A stretch of DNA of 28,938 bases. It comes from Escherichia coli. Lineage in GTDB: Bacteria; Pseudomonadota; Gammaproteobacteria; Enterobacterales; Enterobacteriaceae. Shown in pieces: positions 1 through 10,138 of this stretch. The stretch lies in assembly GCF_003334315.1 (NCBI RefSeq), contig NZ_QOWR01000059.1; one strand, 5' to 3'. Position 1 is the stretch's first letter. Every line of letters starts with the position of its first letter. The notes under the pieces are model-generated. The model was not told where the DNA came from. It worked only from the letters and a program-made list of their open reading frames with translations, and ran no database searches. Position numbers and translations under genes: made by a program.

Positions 1-204
1 GGTTGAGAAGCGGTGTAAGTGAACTGCAGTTGCCATGTTTTACGGCAGTGAGAGCAGAGATAGCGCTGATGTCCGGCGGTGCTTTTGCCGTTACGCACCA
101 CCCCGTCAGTAGCTGAACAGGAGGGACAGCTGATAGAAACAGAAGCCACTGGAGCACCTCAAAAACACCATCATACACTAAATCAGTAAGTTGGCAGCAT
201 CACC
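1..204 (-). mobile_element. insA: IS1 insertion sequence, terminal portion (inverted repeat plus 5' part of insA); continues beyond window start
   Basis: Reverse complement of 1..204 reads GGTGATGCTGCCAACTTACTGATTTAGTGTATGATGGTG...GTGGCTTCTGTTTCTATCAGCTGTCCCTCCTGTTCAGCTACTGACGGGGTGGTGCGTAACGGCAAAAGCACC..., which I recognise as the IS1 terminal inverted repeat followed by the insA start (GTG at 149 on minus strand; translation [24 protein letters not shown]...). Recognition from memory, no search run. Confidence 0.85.
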
Positions 205-275
205 CGGCAGCATAACTACCCGTAGCGGCGAATAGTGCGGCAGCCAGCGCAGACGAAATAAATCTTAATTTCATA
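205..275 (-). pseudogene. sfmA: 5' remnant of a fimbrial major-subunit gene (sfmA-like signal peptide), interrupted by IS1 after about codon 23
   Basis: Minus strand from 275 reads ATG AAA TTA AGA TTT ATT TCG TCT GCG CTG GCT GCC GCA CTA TTC GCC GCT ACG GGT AGT TAT GCT GCC G (MKLRFISSALAAALFAATGSYAA), a typical fimbrial signal peptide, then runs straight into the IS1 terminus GGTGATG; the frame hits TGA immediately. Position next to folD matches the K-12 folD/sfmA arrangement. Confidence 0.55.
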
Positions 276-744
276 TATATTCCTTCAATCTCATTTATCG
301 ACTCCACATCCGTATATAACCGATTACTTTATTTAAGACACTGATAGTAGTAAATTCCTTTTTATCCTCTAAGAATGTCTTAATTGAAAATATGCACTCT
401 ATTCTAAAAAATAGAGAGCCCCGTTAGATGAATACTTCCGCGCATAATATATTCAACACAAATATAGACCTGAAGCGGTAAATTACCAGGCTGAAAATTC
501 TTTTTATATTGTCAGGTATTTCTTAAATTATCTTAATCCTTAGACAAGGAAATAAATCAGTTCCAGATTTACAACGCCATCATGGACGAAAAATGAAGCT
601 TTCAGTCTCAGCGACGGTGCGCCTCACCTTCGCAAGAGGTCGCTTCACGCGATAAATCTGAAACGAAACCTGACAGCGCGCCCCGCTTCTGACAAAATAG
701 GCGCATCCCCTTCGACCTACGTAACAGATGGAATCCTCTCTCTG

Positions 745-1611
745 ATGGCAGCAAAGATTATTGACGGTAAAACGATTGCGCAGCAGGTGCGCTCTGAAGT
801 TGCTCAAAAAGTTCAGGCGCGTATTGCAGCCGGACTGCGGGCACCAGGACTGGCCGTTGTGCTGGTGGGTAGTAACCCTGCATCGCAAATTTATGTCGCA
901 AGCAAACGCAAGGCTTGTGAAGAAGTCGGGTTCGTCTCCCGCTCTTATGACCTCCCGGAAACCACCAGCGAAGCGGAGCTGCTGGAGCTTATCGATACGC
1001 TGAATGCCGACAACACCATCGATGGCATTCTGGTTCAACTGCCGTTACCGGCGGGTATTGATAACGTCAAAGTGCTGGAACGTATTCATCCGGACAAAGA
1101 CGTGGACGGTTTCCATCCTTACAACGTCGGTCGTCTGTGCCAGCGCGCGCCGCGTCTGCGTCCCTGCACCCCGCGCGGTATCGTCACGCTGCTTGAGCGT
1201 TACAACATTGATACCTTCGGCCTCAACGCCGTGGTGATTGGCGCATCGAATATCGTTGGCCGCCCGATGAGCATGGAACTGCTGCTGGCAGGTTGCACCA
1301 CTACAGTGACTCACCGCTTCACTAAAAATCTGCGTCATCACGTAGAAAATGCCGATCTATTGATCGTTGCCGTTGGCAAGCCAGGCTTTATTCCCGGTGA
1401 CTGGATCAAAGAAGGCGCAATTGTGATTGATGTCGGCATCAACCGTCTGGAAAATGGCAAAGTTGTGGGCGACGTCGTGTTTGAAGACGCGGCTAAACGC
1501 GCCTCATACATTACGCCTGTTCCCGGCGGCGTTGGCCCGATGACGGTTGCCACGCTGATTGAAAACACGCTACAGGCGTGCGTTGAATATCATGATCCAC
1601 AGGATGAGTAA
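745..1611 (+). CDS. folD: Bifunctional methylenetetrahydrofolate dehydrogenase / methenyl-THF cyclohydrolase
   Basis: 288-aa [26 protein letters not shown]...; length and sequence match my memory of E. coli FolD; TAA stop at 1609..1611. Confidence 0.96.
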
Positions 1612-1612
1612 C

Positions 1613-1825
1613 ATGGCGACATTTTCTTTAGGTAAACATCCGCACGTTGAGCTGTGCGACTTGCTGAAACTGGAAGGCTGGAGCGAAAGCGGCGCGCAGG
1701 CGAAAATCGCGATTGCCGAAGGCCAGGTGAAAGTCGACGGTGCGGTTGAAACGCGCAAACGCTGCAAAATCGTCGCCGGTCAGACAGTGAGTTTTGCAGG
1801 TCACAGCGTACAGGTTGTTGCCTGA
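1613..1825 (+). CDS. ybcJ: Small S4-like RNA-binding protein YbcJ
   Basis: ATG at 1613 two nt after folD stop; 70-aa product MATFSLGKHPHVELCDLLKLEGW... The ORF track's longer 88-aa version starts upstream inside folD and is less likely. Confidence 0.8.
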   Translation: MATFSLGKHPHVELCDLLKLEGWSESGAQAKIAIAEGQVKVDGAVETRKRCKIVAGQTVSFAGHSVQVVA

Positions 1826-1833
1826 TCCCTTTC

Positions 1834-1865
1834 CCGGCCTGTATCAACAGGCCGGTTCTCTTTTC
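1834..1865 (+). terminator. Rho-independent terminator after folD-ybcJ
   Basis: Stem CCGGCCTG (1834..1841), loop TATCAA, stem CAGGCCGG (1848..1855), followed by TTCTCTTTTC. Confidence 0.6.
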
Positions 1866-1932
1866 AGACTTTTGCCCTCTACGCCCCGTTCATCCATGCT
1901 GATAGCATCGACATTTTGCCGAAGCGACCATC

Positions 1933-2454
1933 ATGCCAACCGTTATTACGCACGCCGCCGTTCCCCTATGCATTGGTTTAGGGTTGGGTTCGAAAGTCAT
2001 CCCTCCGCGCCTGTTATTTGCCGGAATCATCCTGGCGATGCTGCCCGATGCCGACGTCTTGTCGTTTAATTTTGGCGTTGCTTACGGCAATGTTTTTGGT
2101 CATCGCGGGTTTACCCATTCGCTGGTGTTTGCGTTTGTTGTCCCGCTGTTATGTGTGCTGATTGGACGTCGATGGTTCAGGGCTGGGCTGATTCGCTGCT
2201 GGCTGTTTTTAACCGTCTCGTTGCTATCGCACAGCTTGCTGGATTCGGTAACCACTGGCGGTAAAGGGGTTGGCTGGCTGTGGCCGTGGTCAGATGAACG
2301 CTTTTTCGCTCCCTGGCAGGTGATTAAAGTCGCGCCGTTTGCATTGTCTCGTTACACCACAGCGTACGGGCATCAGGTGATTATTTCTGAATTGATGTGG
2401 GTGTGGTTGCCGGGGATGCTACTGATGGGAATGTTGTGGTGGCGCAGACGATAA
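1933..2454 (+). CDS. ybcI: Inner-membrane protein YbcI (DUF457 family, putative membrane-bound metal-dependent hydrolase)
   Basis: 173-aa hydrophobic ORF MPTVITHAAVPLCIGLGLGSKV...; matches K-12 YbcI length and position between ybcJ and cysS. Confidence 0.85.
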   Translation: MPTVITHAAVPLCIGLGLGSKVIPPRLLFAGIILAMLPDADVLSFNFGVAYGNVFGHRGFTHSLVFAFVVPLLCVLIGRRWFRAGLIRCWLFLTVSLLSHSLLDSVTTGGKGVGWLWPWSDERFFAPWQVIKVAPFALSRYTTAYGHQVIISELMWVWLPGMLLMGMLWWRRR

Positions 2455-2478
2455 CCGGATGCGAAAACTCGCATCCGG
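2455..2478. terminator. Hairpin between convergent ybcI and cysS (probable bidirectional terminator)
   Basis: CCGGATGCG-AAAACT-CGCATCCGG perfect 9-bp stem directly after ybcI stop and 12 nt before the cysS stop; flanking U-tracts are weak. Confidence 0.5.
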
Positions 2479-2489
2479 CAATAGCGCAA

Positions 2490-3875
2490 TTACTTACGAC
2501 GCCAGGTGGTCCCTTGCGGGCCATCTTCCAGCACGATCCCCATCTCGTTAAGACGATCACGCGCCGCATCCGCCGCCGCCCAGTCTTTCGCTTTACGGGC
2601 ATCCAGACGCTGTTGAATTAACGCTTCAATCTCAGCCACTTCGCTGTCGTCTGCCTGCGCGCCGCTTTGCAGGAACGCTTCCGGTTCTTGCTCCAGCAGG
2701 CCCAATACAGCGGAAAGTTTACGCAGGTGAGATGCCATTGCATTCGCCGCTGCCATATCTTCTGCTTTCAGACGGTTTACTTCACGCGCCATATCAAACA
2801 GTACGGAATAGGCTTCCGGGGTGTTGAAATCGTCGTCCATCGCTTCAATAAAGCGCGCTTCAAACGCTTCGCCACCGGCAGGCGCAACGGTTTTATCTGT
2901 GCCGCGCAGCGCAGTGTAGAGACGCTCCAGCGCCGCACGCGCCTGCTTCAGGTTCTCTTCGCTGTAGTTCAACTGGCTGCGATAGTGGCCCGACATCAGG
3001 AAGTAACGCACGGTTTCCGCGTCGTAGTATTTCAGCACATCGCGCACGGTAAAGAAGTTACCCAGCGATTTGGACATCTTCTCGCGGTCAACCATCACCA
3101 TCCCCGAGTGCATCCAGTAGTTCACATACTGACCATCATGGGCACAGGTGGACTGCGCGATTTCGTTTTCGTGGTGCGGGAACATCAGGTCTGAACCGCC
3201 GCCGTGGATATCAAAGTGGTTACCCAGCTGCTTGCAGTTCATTGCCGAACATTCAATGTGCCAGCCAGGACGACCCGCGCCCCACGGAGACGGCCAGCTC
3301 GGTTCGCCCTCTTTCGACATCTTCCACAGAACGAAGTCCATTGGGTTGCGTTTGTCGTCGACCACGTCAACGCGCGCGCCTGCCTGCAGCTGGTCGAGAT
3401 CCTGACGCGACAGCACGCCATAAGTTGGATCGGTCGGGACGTCGAACATCACGTCGCCGTTGTCCGCCACATAAGCGTGACCTTTGGCGATCAGTTGTTC
3501 AGTGAGTTCAATAATTTCTGCGATATGGTGCGTCGCGCGCGGCTCCATATCCGGGCGCAGAATGTTCAACGCATCAAAATCTTTGTGCATTTCGGCGATC
3601 ATGCGATCCACCAGCGCCACAAAGCTTTCGCCATTTTCATTGGCGCGTTTGATGATTTTGTCGTCGATATCGGTAATGTTGCGCACATACTTCAGCTTAT
3701 AGCCGAGGAAACGCAGATAGCGCGCAACCACGTCAAAAGCAACAAAGGTACGCCCGTGACCGATATGACAGAGATCGTAAACGGTGATTCCACACACGTA
3801 CATGCCGACTTCCCCGGCGTGAATAGGCTTAAATTCCTCTTTTTGGCGTGTCAGAGTATTGAAGATTTTTAGCAT
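2490..3875 (-). CDS. cysS: Cysteinyl-tRNA synthetase
   Basis: 461-aa [46 protein letters not shown]... with class-I aaRS HIGH motif and KMSKS (EKMSKSLGN). Confidence 0.97.
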
Positions 3876-4048
3876 CGAAGATTCCGTTTAGACATGTGTG
3901 GGTAATTGAGTTGCGTATAATACCCATATTTCCCGCGCGAATCAGCATACATTGCGTGATGATCCGATCGTGCGGTTATGCTATAACACCACCCTATATA
4001 TGACCCGAACTGGGTTGAAGCACCAATCAAACGGAACAGGATGCAAAA

Positions 4049-4543
4049 ATGGTTACTTTCCACACCAATCACGGCGATATTGTCATCAAAACTTTTGACG
4101 ATAAAGCACCTGAAACAGTTAAAAACTTCCTGGACTACTGCCGCGAAGGTTTTTACAACAACACCATTTTCCACCGTGTTATCAACGGCTTTATGATTCA
4201 GGGCGGCGGTTTTGAACCGGGCATGAAACAAAAAGCCACCAAAGAACCGATCAAAAACGAAGCCAACAACGGCCTGAAAAATACCCGTGGTACGCTGGCA
4301 ATGGCACGTACTCAGGCTCCGCACTCTGCAACTGCACAGTTCTTCATCAACGTGGTTGATAACGACTTCCTGAACTTCTCTGGCGAAAGCCTGCAAGGTT
4401 GGGGCTACTGCGTGTTTGCTGAAGTGGTTGACGGCATGGACGTGGTAGACAAAATCAAAGGTGTTGCAACCGGTCGTAGCGGTATGCACCAGGACGTGCC
4501 AAAAGAAGACGTTATCATTGAAAGCGTGACCGTTAGCGAGTAA
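4049..4543 (+). CDS. ppiB: Peptidyl-prolyl cis-trans isomerase B (cyclophilin)
   Basis: 164-aa [61 protein letters not shown]..., cyclophilin fold signature. Confidence 0.96.
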   Translation: MVTFHTNHGDIVIKTFDDKAPETVKNFLDYCREGFYNNTIFHRVINGFMIQGGGFEPGMKQKATKEPIKNEANNGLKNTRGTLAMARTQAPHSATAQFFINVVDNDFLNFSGESLQGWGYCVFAEVVDGMDVVDKIKGVATGRSGMHQDVPKEDVIIESVTVSE

Positions 4544-4545
4544 TC

Positions 4546-5268
4546 GTGGCGACACTCTTTATTGCAGATCTTCATCTCTGCGTGGAAGAACCGGCGATCA
4601 CCGCCGGTTTTCTGCGTTTTTTAGCGGGGGAAGCCCGCAAGGCCGACGCGCTGTATATTCTTGGCGATCTGTTTGAAGCATGGATTGGCGACGACGATCC
4701 CAACCCACTCCATCGCCAGATGGCGGCAGCGATCAAAGCGGTGTCCGATTCCGGCGTTCCCTGTTATTTCATTCATGGCAACCGTGATTTTCTGCTCGGC
4801 AAACGCTTTGCCCGTGAAAGCGGCATGACATTATTGCCGGAAGAAAAGGTGCTCGAACTTTATGGTCGCCGGGTGTTGATTATGCATGGCGACACGCTGT
4901 GCACCGATGACGCGGGTTATCAGGCTTTTCGCGCCAAAGTCCACAAACCCTGGCTGCAAACGCTATTCCTCGCCCTGCCGTTGTTTGTGCGCAAACGCAT
5001 TGCCGCGCGAATGCGAGCGAACAGTAAAGAAGCCAACAGCAGTAAATCGCTGGCGATCATGGACGTTAACCAAAACGCGGTAGTCAGTGCGATGGAAAAA
5101 CATCAGGTGCAATGGCTGATCCACGGGCATACCCATCGCCCGGCGGTACATGAACTTATCGCCAACCAGCAACCTGCTTTTCGCGTGGTACTCGGTGCCT
5201 GGCATACAGAAGGTTCGATGGTGAAAGTCACGGCGGATGACGTTGAGCTGATTCATTTTCCGTTTTAA
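4546..5268 (+). CDS. lpxH: UDP-2,3-diacylglucosamine pyrophosphohydrolase (lipid A biosynthesis)
   Basis: 240-aa [29 protein letters not shown]... calcineurin-like phosphoesterase motifs (DLH, GNRD, GHTH); GTG start 2 nt after ppiB stop. Confidence 0.94.
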   Translation: MATLFIADLHLCVEEPAITAGFLRFLAGEARKADALYILGDLFEAWIGDDDPNPLHRQMAAAIKAVSDSGVPCYFIHGNRDFLLGKRFARESGMTLLPEEKVLELYGRRVLIMHGDTLCTDDAGYQAFRAKVHKPWLQTLFLALPLFVRKRIAARMRANSKEANSSKSLAIMDVNQNAVVSAMEKHQVQWLIHGHTHRPAVHELIANQQPAFRVVLGAWHTEGSMVKVTADDVELIHFPF

Positions 5269-5298
5269 AAAACCCGCAACTTTGCTGATTTCACAGCC

Positions 5299-5314
5299 AC
5301 GCAACCGTTTTCCT
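5299..5314 (+). promoter_or_regulatory. PurR operator (PUR box) upstream of purEK
   Basis: ACGCAACCGTTTTCCT resembles the PUR-box consensus ACGCAAACGTTTTCNT; located about 70 nt upstream of purE ATG. Confidence 0.6.
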
Positions 5315-5385
5315 TGCTCTCTTTCCGTGCTATTCTCTGTGCCCTCTAAAGCCGAGAGTTGTGCACCACAGGAGTTTTAAGACGC

Positions 5386-5895
5386 ATGTCTTCCCGCAAT
5401 AATCCGGCGCGTGTCGCCATCGTGATGGGGTCCAAAAGCGACTGGGCTACCATGCAGTTCGCCGCCGAAATCTTCGAAATCCTGAATGTCCCGCACCACG
5501 TTGAAGTGGTTTCTGCTCACCGCACCCCCGATAAACTGTTCAGCTTCGCCGAAAGCGCCGAAGAGAACGGTTATCAGGTGATTATTGCGGGCGCAGGCGG
5601 CGCGGCGCACCTGCCAGGTATGATTGCCGCCAAAACGCTGGTGCCGGTGCTGGGCGTGCCAGTACAGAGCGCCGCACTGAGCGGTGTCGATAGCCTCTAT
5701 TCTATCGTACAAATGCCGCGCGGCATTCCGGTGGGTACGCTGGCGATTGGTAAAGCTGGCGCGGCAAACGCGGCGTTACTGGCAGCACAAATTCTTGCGA
5801 CTCATGATAAAGAACTGCACCAGCGTCTGAATGACTGGCGCAATGCCCAGACCGACGAAGTACTGGAAAACCCGGACCCGCGAGGTGCGGCATGA
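5386..5895 (+). CDS. purE: N5-carboxyaminoimidazole ribonucleotide mutase
   Basis: Start taken at ATG 5386 ([20 protein letters not shown]...) preceded by GGAG at 5371..5374; 169 aa; the ORF-track start at 5359 lacks an RBS. Confidence 0.95.
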   Translation: MSSRNNPARVAIVMGSKSDWATMQFAAEIFEILNVPHHVEVVSAHRTPDKLFSFAESAEENGYQVIIAGAGGAAHLPGMIAAKTLVPVLGVPVQSAALSGVDSLYSIVQMPRGIPVGTLAIGKAGAANAALLAAQILATHDKELHQRLNDWRNAQTDEVLENPDPRGAA

Positions 5896-6959
5896 AACAG
5901 GTTTGCGTCCTCGGTAACGGGCAGTTAGGCCGTATGCTGCGTCAGGCAGGCGAACCGTTAGGCATTGCTGTCTGGCCAGTCGGGCTGGACGCTGAACCGG
6001 CGGCGGTGCCTTTTCAACAAAGCGTGATTACCGCTGAGATAGAACGCTGGCCGGAAACCGCATTAACCCGCGAGCTGGCGCGCCATCCGGCCTTTGTGAA
6101 CCGCGATGTGTTCCCGATTATTGCTGACCGTCTGACTCAGAAGCAGCTTTTCGATAAGCTCCACCTGCCGACTGCACCGTGGCAGTTACTTGCCGAACGC
6201 AGCGAGTGGCCTGCGGTGTTTGATCGTTTAGGTGAGCTGGCGATTGTTAAGCGTCGCACTGGTGGCTATGACGGTCGCGGTCAATGGCGTTTACGCGCCG
6301 ATGAAACCGAGCAGTTACCGGCTGAATGCTACGGCGAATGTATTGTCGAGCAGGGCATAAACTTCTCTGGTGAAGTGTCGCTGGTTGGCGCGCGCGGCTT
6401 TGATGGCAGTACCGTGTTTTATCCGCTGACGCATAACCTGCATCAGGACGGTATTTTGCGCACCAGCGTCGCTTTTCCGCAGGCCAACGCACAGCAGCAG
6501 GCGCAAGCCGAAGAGATGCTGTCGGCGATTATGCAGGAGCTGGGCTATGTGGGCGTGATGGCGATGGAGTGTTTTGTCACCCCGCAAGGTCTGCTGATCA
6601 ACGAACTGGCTCCGCGTGTGCATAACAGCGGTCACTGGACACAAAACGGTGCCAGCATCAGCCAGTTTGAGCTGCATCTGCGGGCGATTACCGATCTGCC
6701 GTTACCGCAACCAGTAGTGAATAATCCGTCGGTGATGATCAATCTGATTGGTAGCGATGCGAATTATGACTGGCTGAAATTGCCGCTGGTGCATCTGCAC
6801 TGGTACGACAAAGAAGTCCGTCCGGGGCGTAAAGTGGGGCATCTGAATTTGACCGACAGCGACACATCGCGTCTGACTGCGACGCTGGAAGCCTTAATCC
6901 CGCTGCTGCCGCCGGAATATGCCAGCGGCGTGATTTGGGCGCAGAGTAAGTTCGGTTAA
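5892..6959 (+). CDS. purK: N5-carboxyaminoimidazole ribonucleotide synthetase (ATP-grasp)
   Basis: 355-aa [30 protein letters not shown]...; ATGA overlap with purE stop (translational coupling). Confidence 0.95.
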   Translation: MKQVCVLGNGQLGRMLRQAGEPLGIAVWPVGLDAEPAAVPFQQSVITAEIERWPETALTRELARHPAFVNRDVFPIIADRLTQKQLFDKLHLPTAPWQLLAERSEWPAVFDRLGELAIVKRRTGGYDGRGQWRLRADETEQLPAECYGECIVEQGINFSGEVSLVGARGFDGSTVFYPLTHNLHQDGILRTSVAFPQANAQQQAQAEEMLSAIMQELGYVGVMAMECFVTPQGLLINELAPRVHNSGHWTQNGASISQFELHLRAITDLPLPQPVVNNPSVMINLIGSDANYDWLKLPLVHLHWYDKEVRPGRKVGHLNLTDSDTSRLTATLEALIPLLPPEYASGVIWAQSKFG

Positions 6960-6975
6960 CTGGTGCTCTATTCTT

Positions 6976-7133
<158 letters not shown>

Positions 7134-7153
7134 CAAATGTCTAATGCCTACGA

Positions 7154-8047
7154 CTACAGCGAAATACAGGTCCCCGCTTCGCCCGCCAGCGTCTCTTCAA
7201 TTCGCGATAACGCCCCAATCCACGCGGGTTTACCACCGCTTCTGACATAACCACTCACCGCCGTTACCTTCGGCCCCATCGAACCATCGGCTTTGGCAAA
7301 TGGCGCTAACTCATCCGGTGTGGCATGGCGAATGGCGCGTTGCTGCGGCGTTCCCCAGTTTTCATATACCGCATCAGCATCAGTGAGGATCACCAGCCCA
7401 TCGGCGTTAATCTGCTCAGCGAGCAACGCAGCAGCGAGATCTTTATCAATCACCGCTTCACTCCCTGCCCCATCTTCCGTCACAGGCACACCGCCGCCGC
7501 CACTGCAAATCACCACATGCCCCTCTTTGAGCAACAACTCGATGGCTTCGCTGTCGAGAATTTTACGCGGTTGCGGAGACGCCACCACCCGGCGCAAATA
7601 TTTACCATCACGTTTCATCTGCCAGCCGTAAGCCGCTTCCAGTGCCTCTTGTTCTTCTGGCTGATAAACCGGACCAATAAATTTCTCTGGCTGCAAAAAC
7701 GCCGGATCATCAGGCGAAACCTCAATGCGCGTCAGCACCGTCGTCACGGGCGGCATCTGCGGCTGTGCGCTCAAACTCTGCGCCAGCATATAGCCAATCA
7801 TCCCCTGACTTTCTGCCACCAGCACATCCAGCGGATACGGTTCTACCTCTTTCCACGCCAGATTCTGCAATGCCAGCAGCCCCACCTGCGGCCCGTTGCC
7901 GTGAACAATCGCCAGCCGATAAGAACGGGCCAGGCGCGCCAGCGCGGGTACAGCACTGGCGATATTGCGATATTGATTTTCTGCCGTCAGCGCCTCACCG
8001 CGCTGGAGTAAGGCGTTTCCCCCAAGAGCTACAACCAGTGTTTTCAT
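7154..8047 (-). CDS. ybcF: Carbamate kinase (ArcC-like; reported as AllK)
   Basis: 297-aa [43 protein letters not shown]... amino-acid kinase family; start overlaps ylbF stop (ATGA). Confidence 0.9.
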   Translation of the reverse strand: MKTLVVALGGNALLQRGEALTAENQYRNIASAVPALARLARSYRLAIVHGNGPQVGLLALQNLAWKEVEPYPLDVLVAESQGMIGYMLAQSLSAQPQMPPVTTVLTRIEVSPDDPAFLQPEKFIGPVYQPEEQEALEAAYGWQMKRDGKYLRRVVASPQPRKILDSEAIELLLKEGHVVICSGGGGVPVTEDGAGSEAVIDKDLAAALLAEQINADGLVILTDADAVYENWGTPQQRAIRHATPDELAPFAKADGSMGPKVTAVSGYVRSGGKPAWIGALSRIEETLAGEAGTCISL

Positions 8048-8859
8048 GGTTTTCCTTGTAATAATTGTTGACCAAGCCAGAACCCCAGCAGTGTATCTGC
8101 CCCTGACGTATGCCCCAGCGCCAGCAGCGAATCAATCGCAACAGCGGTACGTTTCGGGCAACTCAGAGCATGAACAAAGTGCAGGAGTGGCGAGGCGAAA
8201 TATCCTTGCGCGGCATAACGTAAATAACTGACGCTCACCGCTGTGGTAACGAGTTGCAGATTGTCGGAACAGGCAAAAAACTGGCGACCGGAGCGCGCAT
8301 CTAAAGCGCCATAATACCAGGCCGCCAGCAGCATTCCGCTCAGCGTGTCATCATGACTCGGCGTTAATCCGGGGCCTTTACCCAGCCAGTGCCGCCAGTC
8401 GGTCTTAACGCCATTGAGCGCGGCCTGAAAACAGTGACGAAACTGGCGTAACTCAGCAGGCAGCGGATCGCTTGCCGCCAACGCCAGTGGCCCGAAAAGC
8501 CCGGTTTCCTCCGCGCATTGCATCCATGCAGCTGCAAGTGGTTGAGGATGCGCAGGCGGCGTAATACGCAGCAAACAATAACGCTGTGGCTGTTTAACCG
8601 TGAAACGCCCGAGGCGAATCCCTTGAGCCACAACCTGTGGTCGTTCATTGCCGCATAATCCACCGCATAACGCATCGAATTGCGCACGGCGAAGCATCCA
8701 TCCTCCGGGGCCGAAACCACTACCCTGACGATGCAGCGTTAACAGTTCGCCGCTTTCCGTCATCAGGTTAATCGCCCGTCGCCACACTCCCGCTAACCGC
8801 CAGGACTGGCGATAATTCGGTGCACTACGGCTGGCAAGCAGAGGATGGATGATCGTCAT
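8044..8859 (-). CDS. ylbF: YlbF (DUF2877 family; reported subunit of oxamate carbamoyltransferase)
   Basis: Start placed at ATG 8857..8859 ([21 protein letters not shown]...) with GAGGA RBS upstream, giving 271 aa; the longer ORF-track start at 8952 lies inside ylbE. Confidence 0.8.
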   Translation of the reverse strand: MTIIHPLLASRSAPNYRQSWRLAGVWRRAINLMTESGELLTLHRQGSGFGPGGWMLRRAQFDALCGGLCGNERPQVVAQGIRLGRFTVKQPQRYCLLRITPPAHPQPLAAAWMQCAEETGLFGPLALAASDPLPAELRQFRHCFQAALNGVKTDWRHWLGKGPGLTPSHDDTLSGMLLAAWYYGALDARSGRQFFACSDNLQLVTTAVSVSYLRYAAQGYFASPLLHFVHALSCPKRTAVAIDSLLALGHTSGADTLLGFWLGQQLLQGKP

Positions 8860-8869
8860 TGCGCGTTCC

Positions 8870-10129
8870 TCAACCAATCCCCATGCTTTCAGCCAGTGCT
8901 TCCAGCGCCTGTTCAAAACACGCCAGCGGTGCCCGCACAGTGCCTGCGCCAATCTGCCCGATCCCCGCCTCTTTATGGGCGATACCGGTATTGATGAGTG
9001 GCGTAATGCCGGTTTCTACCACGCGACGAATGTCCAGTCCCAGGCACGCGCCCTGAAAATCCCAGCCTGGGATCTGCAACTGCATATTGCGCTCAAGGTA
9101 AATTTCCGCCATCTCTTCAGATACCGCTCTGGCCGCTTCCATGCCACCCGCACCGACAAAGCGCGTTACGCCAGGCGCTGCGATCATTGCCGCACCTCCG
9201 ATACCAAAGGTTTCGGTAATCGCGCTATCGCCCATATCCGGGTTCGCCTGCTCCTGCGAGAAGCCGGTGAAAAACAGACCTTGCGGAGTGTTTACAGGCG
9301 CAGTAAACCAGCGTTCGCCCAGCCCGCTTACCCGAATCCCGAACATATTGCCGTTGCGGGTCATTGCCGTGACGATGCTGCCTGCGCGGATCATCGCGCC
9401 AGCATCCATCGCCGCCTTGCAGTAAGCCATCGCGAGGTTGAGGAAGAACTGATCGGTCACGCTGAGGAAATCCATCACTTCGGCGATGTGCTGTTTATCA
9501 TGATCGAGGCGAGCAATTTGTGGGACCAGCGCACGCATTAACAGTGCAGAGGAAGCAATATTGCGTTGATGGAACTCATCGCCCATCGTAATGCCCTGCG
9601 CCATCATCGCCGTGAGATCGATACCGCGCTCCATGCGCCCCAGCGCCGCGCTTAATACTGGCATTAACACATCGCGCATCCAGCGATGGCGAGTCAGGAC
9701 ATCTTCGCCGTAAGCGCCAAAACGCATCACTTTGCCGATACCTTCGTTGAGGTTGCAGTACGCCCGGTTGCCGTCGGTCACGTTCTCAACCACCAGCATC
9801 GGCATACTGGCAGAAGTAATACCGCCCATTGGACCGACGGCATTCACATGGTGACAAGGAATGAAGTTCACTTCCCCCTGCTCCAGTATTGCCAGCGCCT
9901 GCGCTTCATCTTTCGCCCAGCCTTCGAACAGACATGCGCCCACGCACGCCCCTTTCATGGGTCCGGTCATCTCCTGCCAGCGCATTGGCGGCCCGGCGTG
10001 AAGCAGTGTTTTGCCCTCGTTTAGTTCGCTGATAAGTGAAGAAGCCGGTTGCACATCCAGCCAGTGTGGACGAGCGCGACGAATTTGTTCGATAACCGCA
10101 GCATTGGCTTGCGCCACTGATGTAAACAT
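8870..10129 (-). CDS. ylbE: YlbE (DUF1116 family; reported subunit of oxamate carbamoyltransferase), intact
   Basis: Uninterrupted 419-aa [29 protein letters not shown]...; AAGGGG RBS immediately upstream, overlapping the fdrA stop. Confidence 0.85.
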   Translation of the reverse strand: MFTSVAQANAAVIEQIRRARPHWLDVQPASSLISELNEGKTLLHAGPPMRWQEMTGPMKGACVGACLFEGWAKDEAQALAILEQGEVNFIPCHHVNAVGPMGGITSASMPMLVVENVTDGNRAYCNLNEGIGKVMRFGAYGEDVLTRHRWMRDVLMPVLSAALGRMERGIDLTAMMAQGITMGDEFHQRNIASSALLMRALVPQIARLDHDKQHIAEVMDFLSVTDQFFLNLAMAYCKAAMDAGAMIRAGSIVTAMTRNGNMFGIRVSGLGERWFTAPVNTPQGLFFTGFSQEQANPDMGDSAITETFGIGGAAMIAAPGVTRFVGAGGMEAARAVSEEMAEIYLERNMQLQIPGWDFQGACLGLDIRRVVETGITPLINTGIAHKEAGIGQIGAGTVRAPLACFEQALEALAESMGIG

Positions 10130-10138
10130 GGGAACCCC

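Noticed and set aside
580-1038. 152-aa minus-strand ORF
   Set aside because: Antisense overlap with the 5' end of folD and the AT-rich promoter region; no RBS; a spurious ORF.
2667-3872. Plus-strand ORFs of 175 and 222 aa
   Set aside because: Entirely antisense to cysS, with composition mirroring the cysS frame; classic shadow ORFs.
8849-9541. 230-aa plus-strand ORF
   Set aside because: Antisense to ylbE/ylbF, Arg/His-rich low-complexity translation; spurious.
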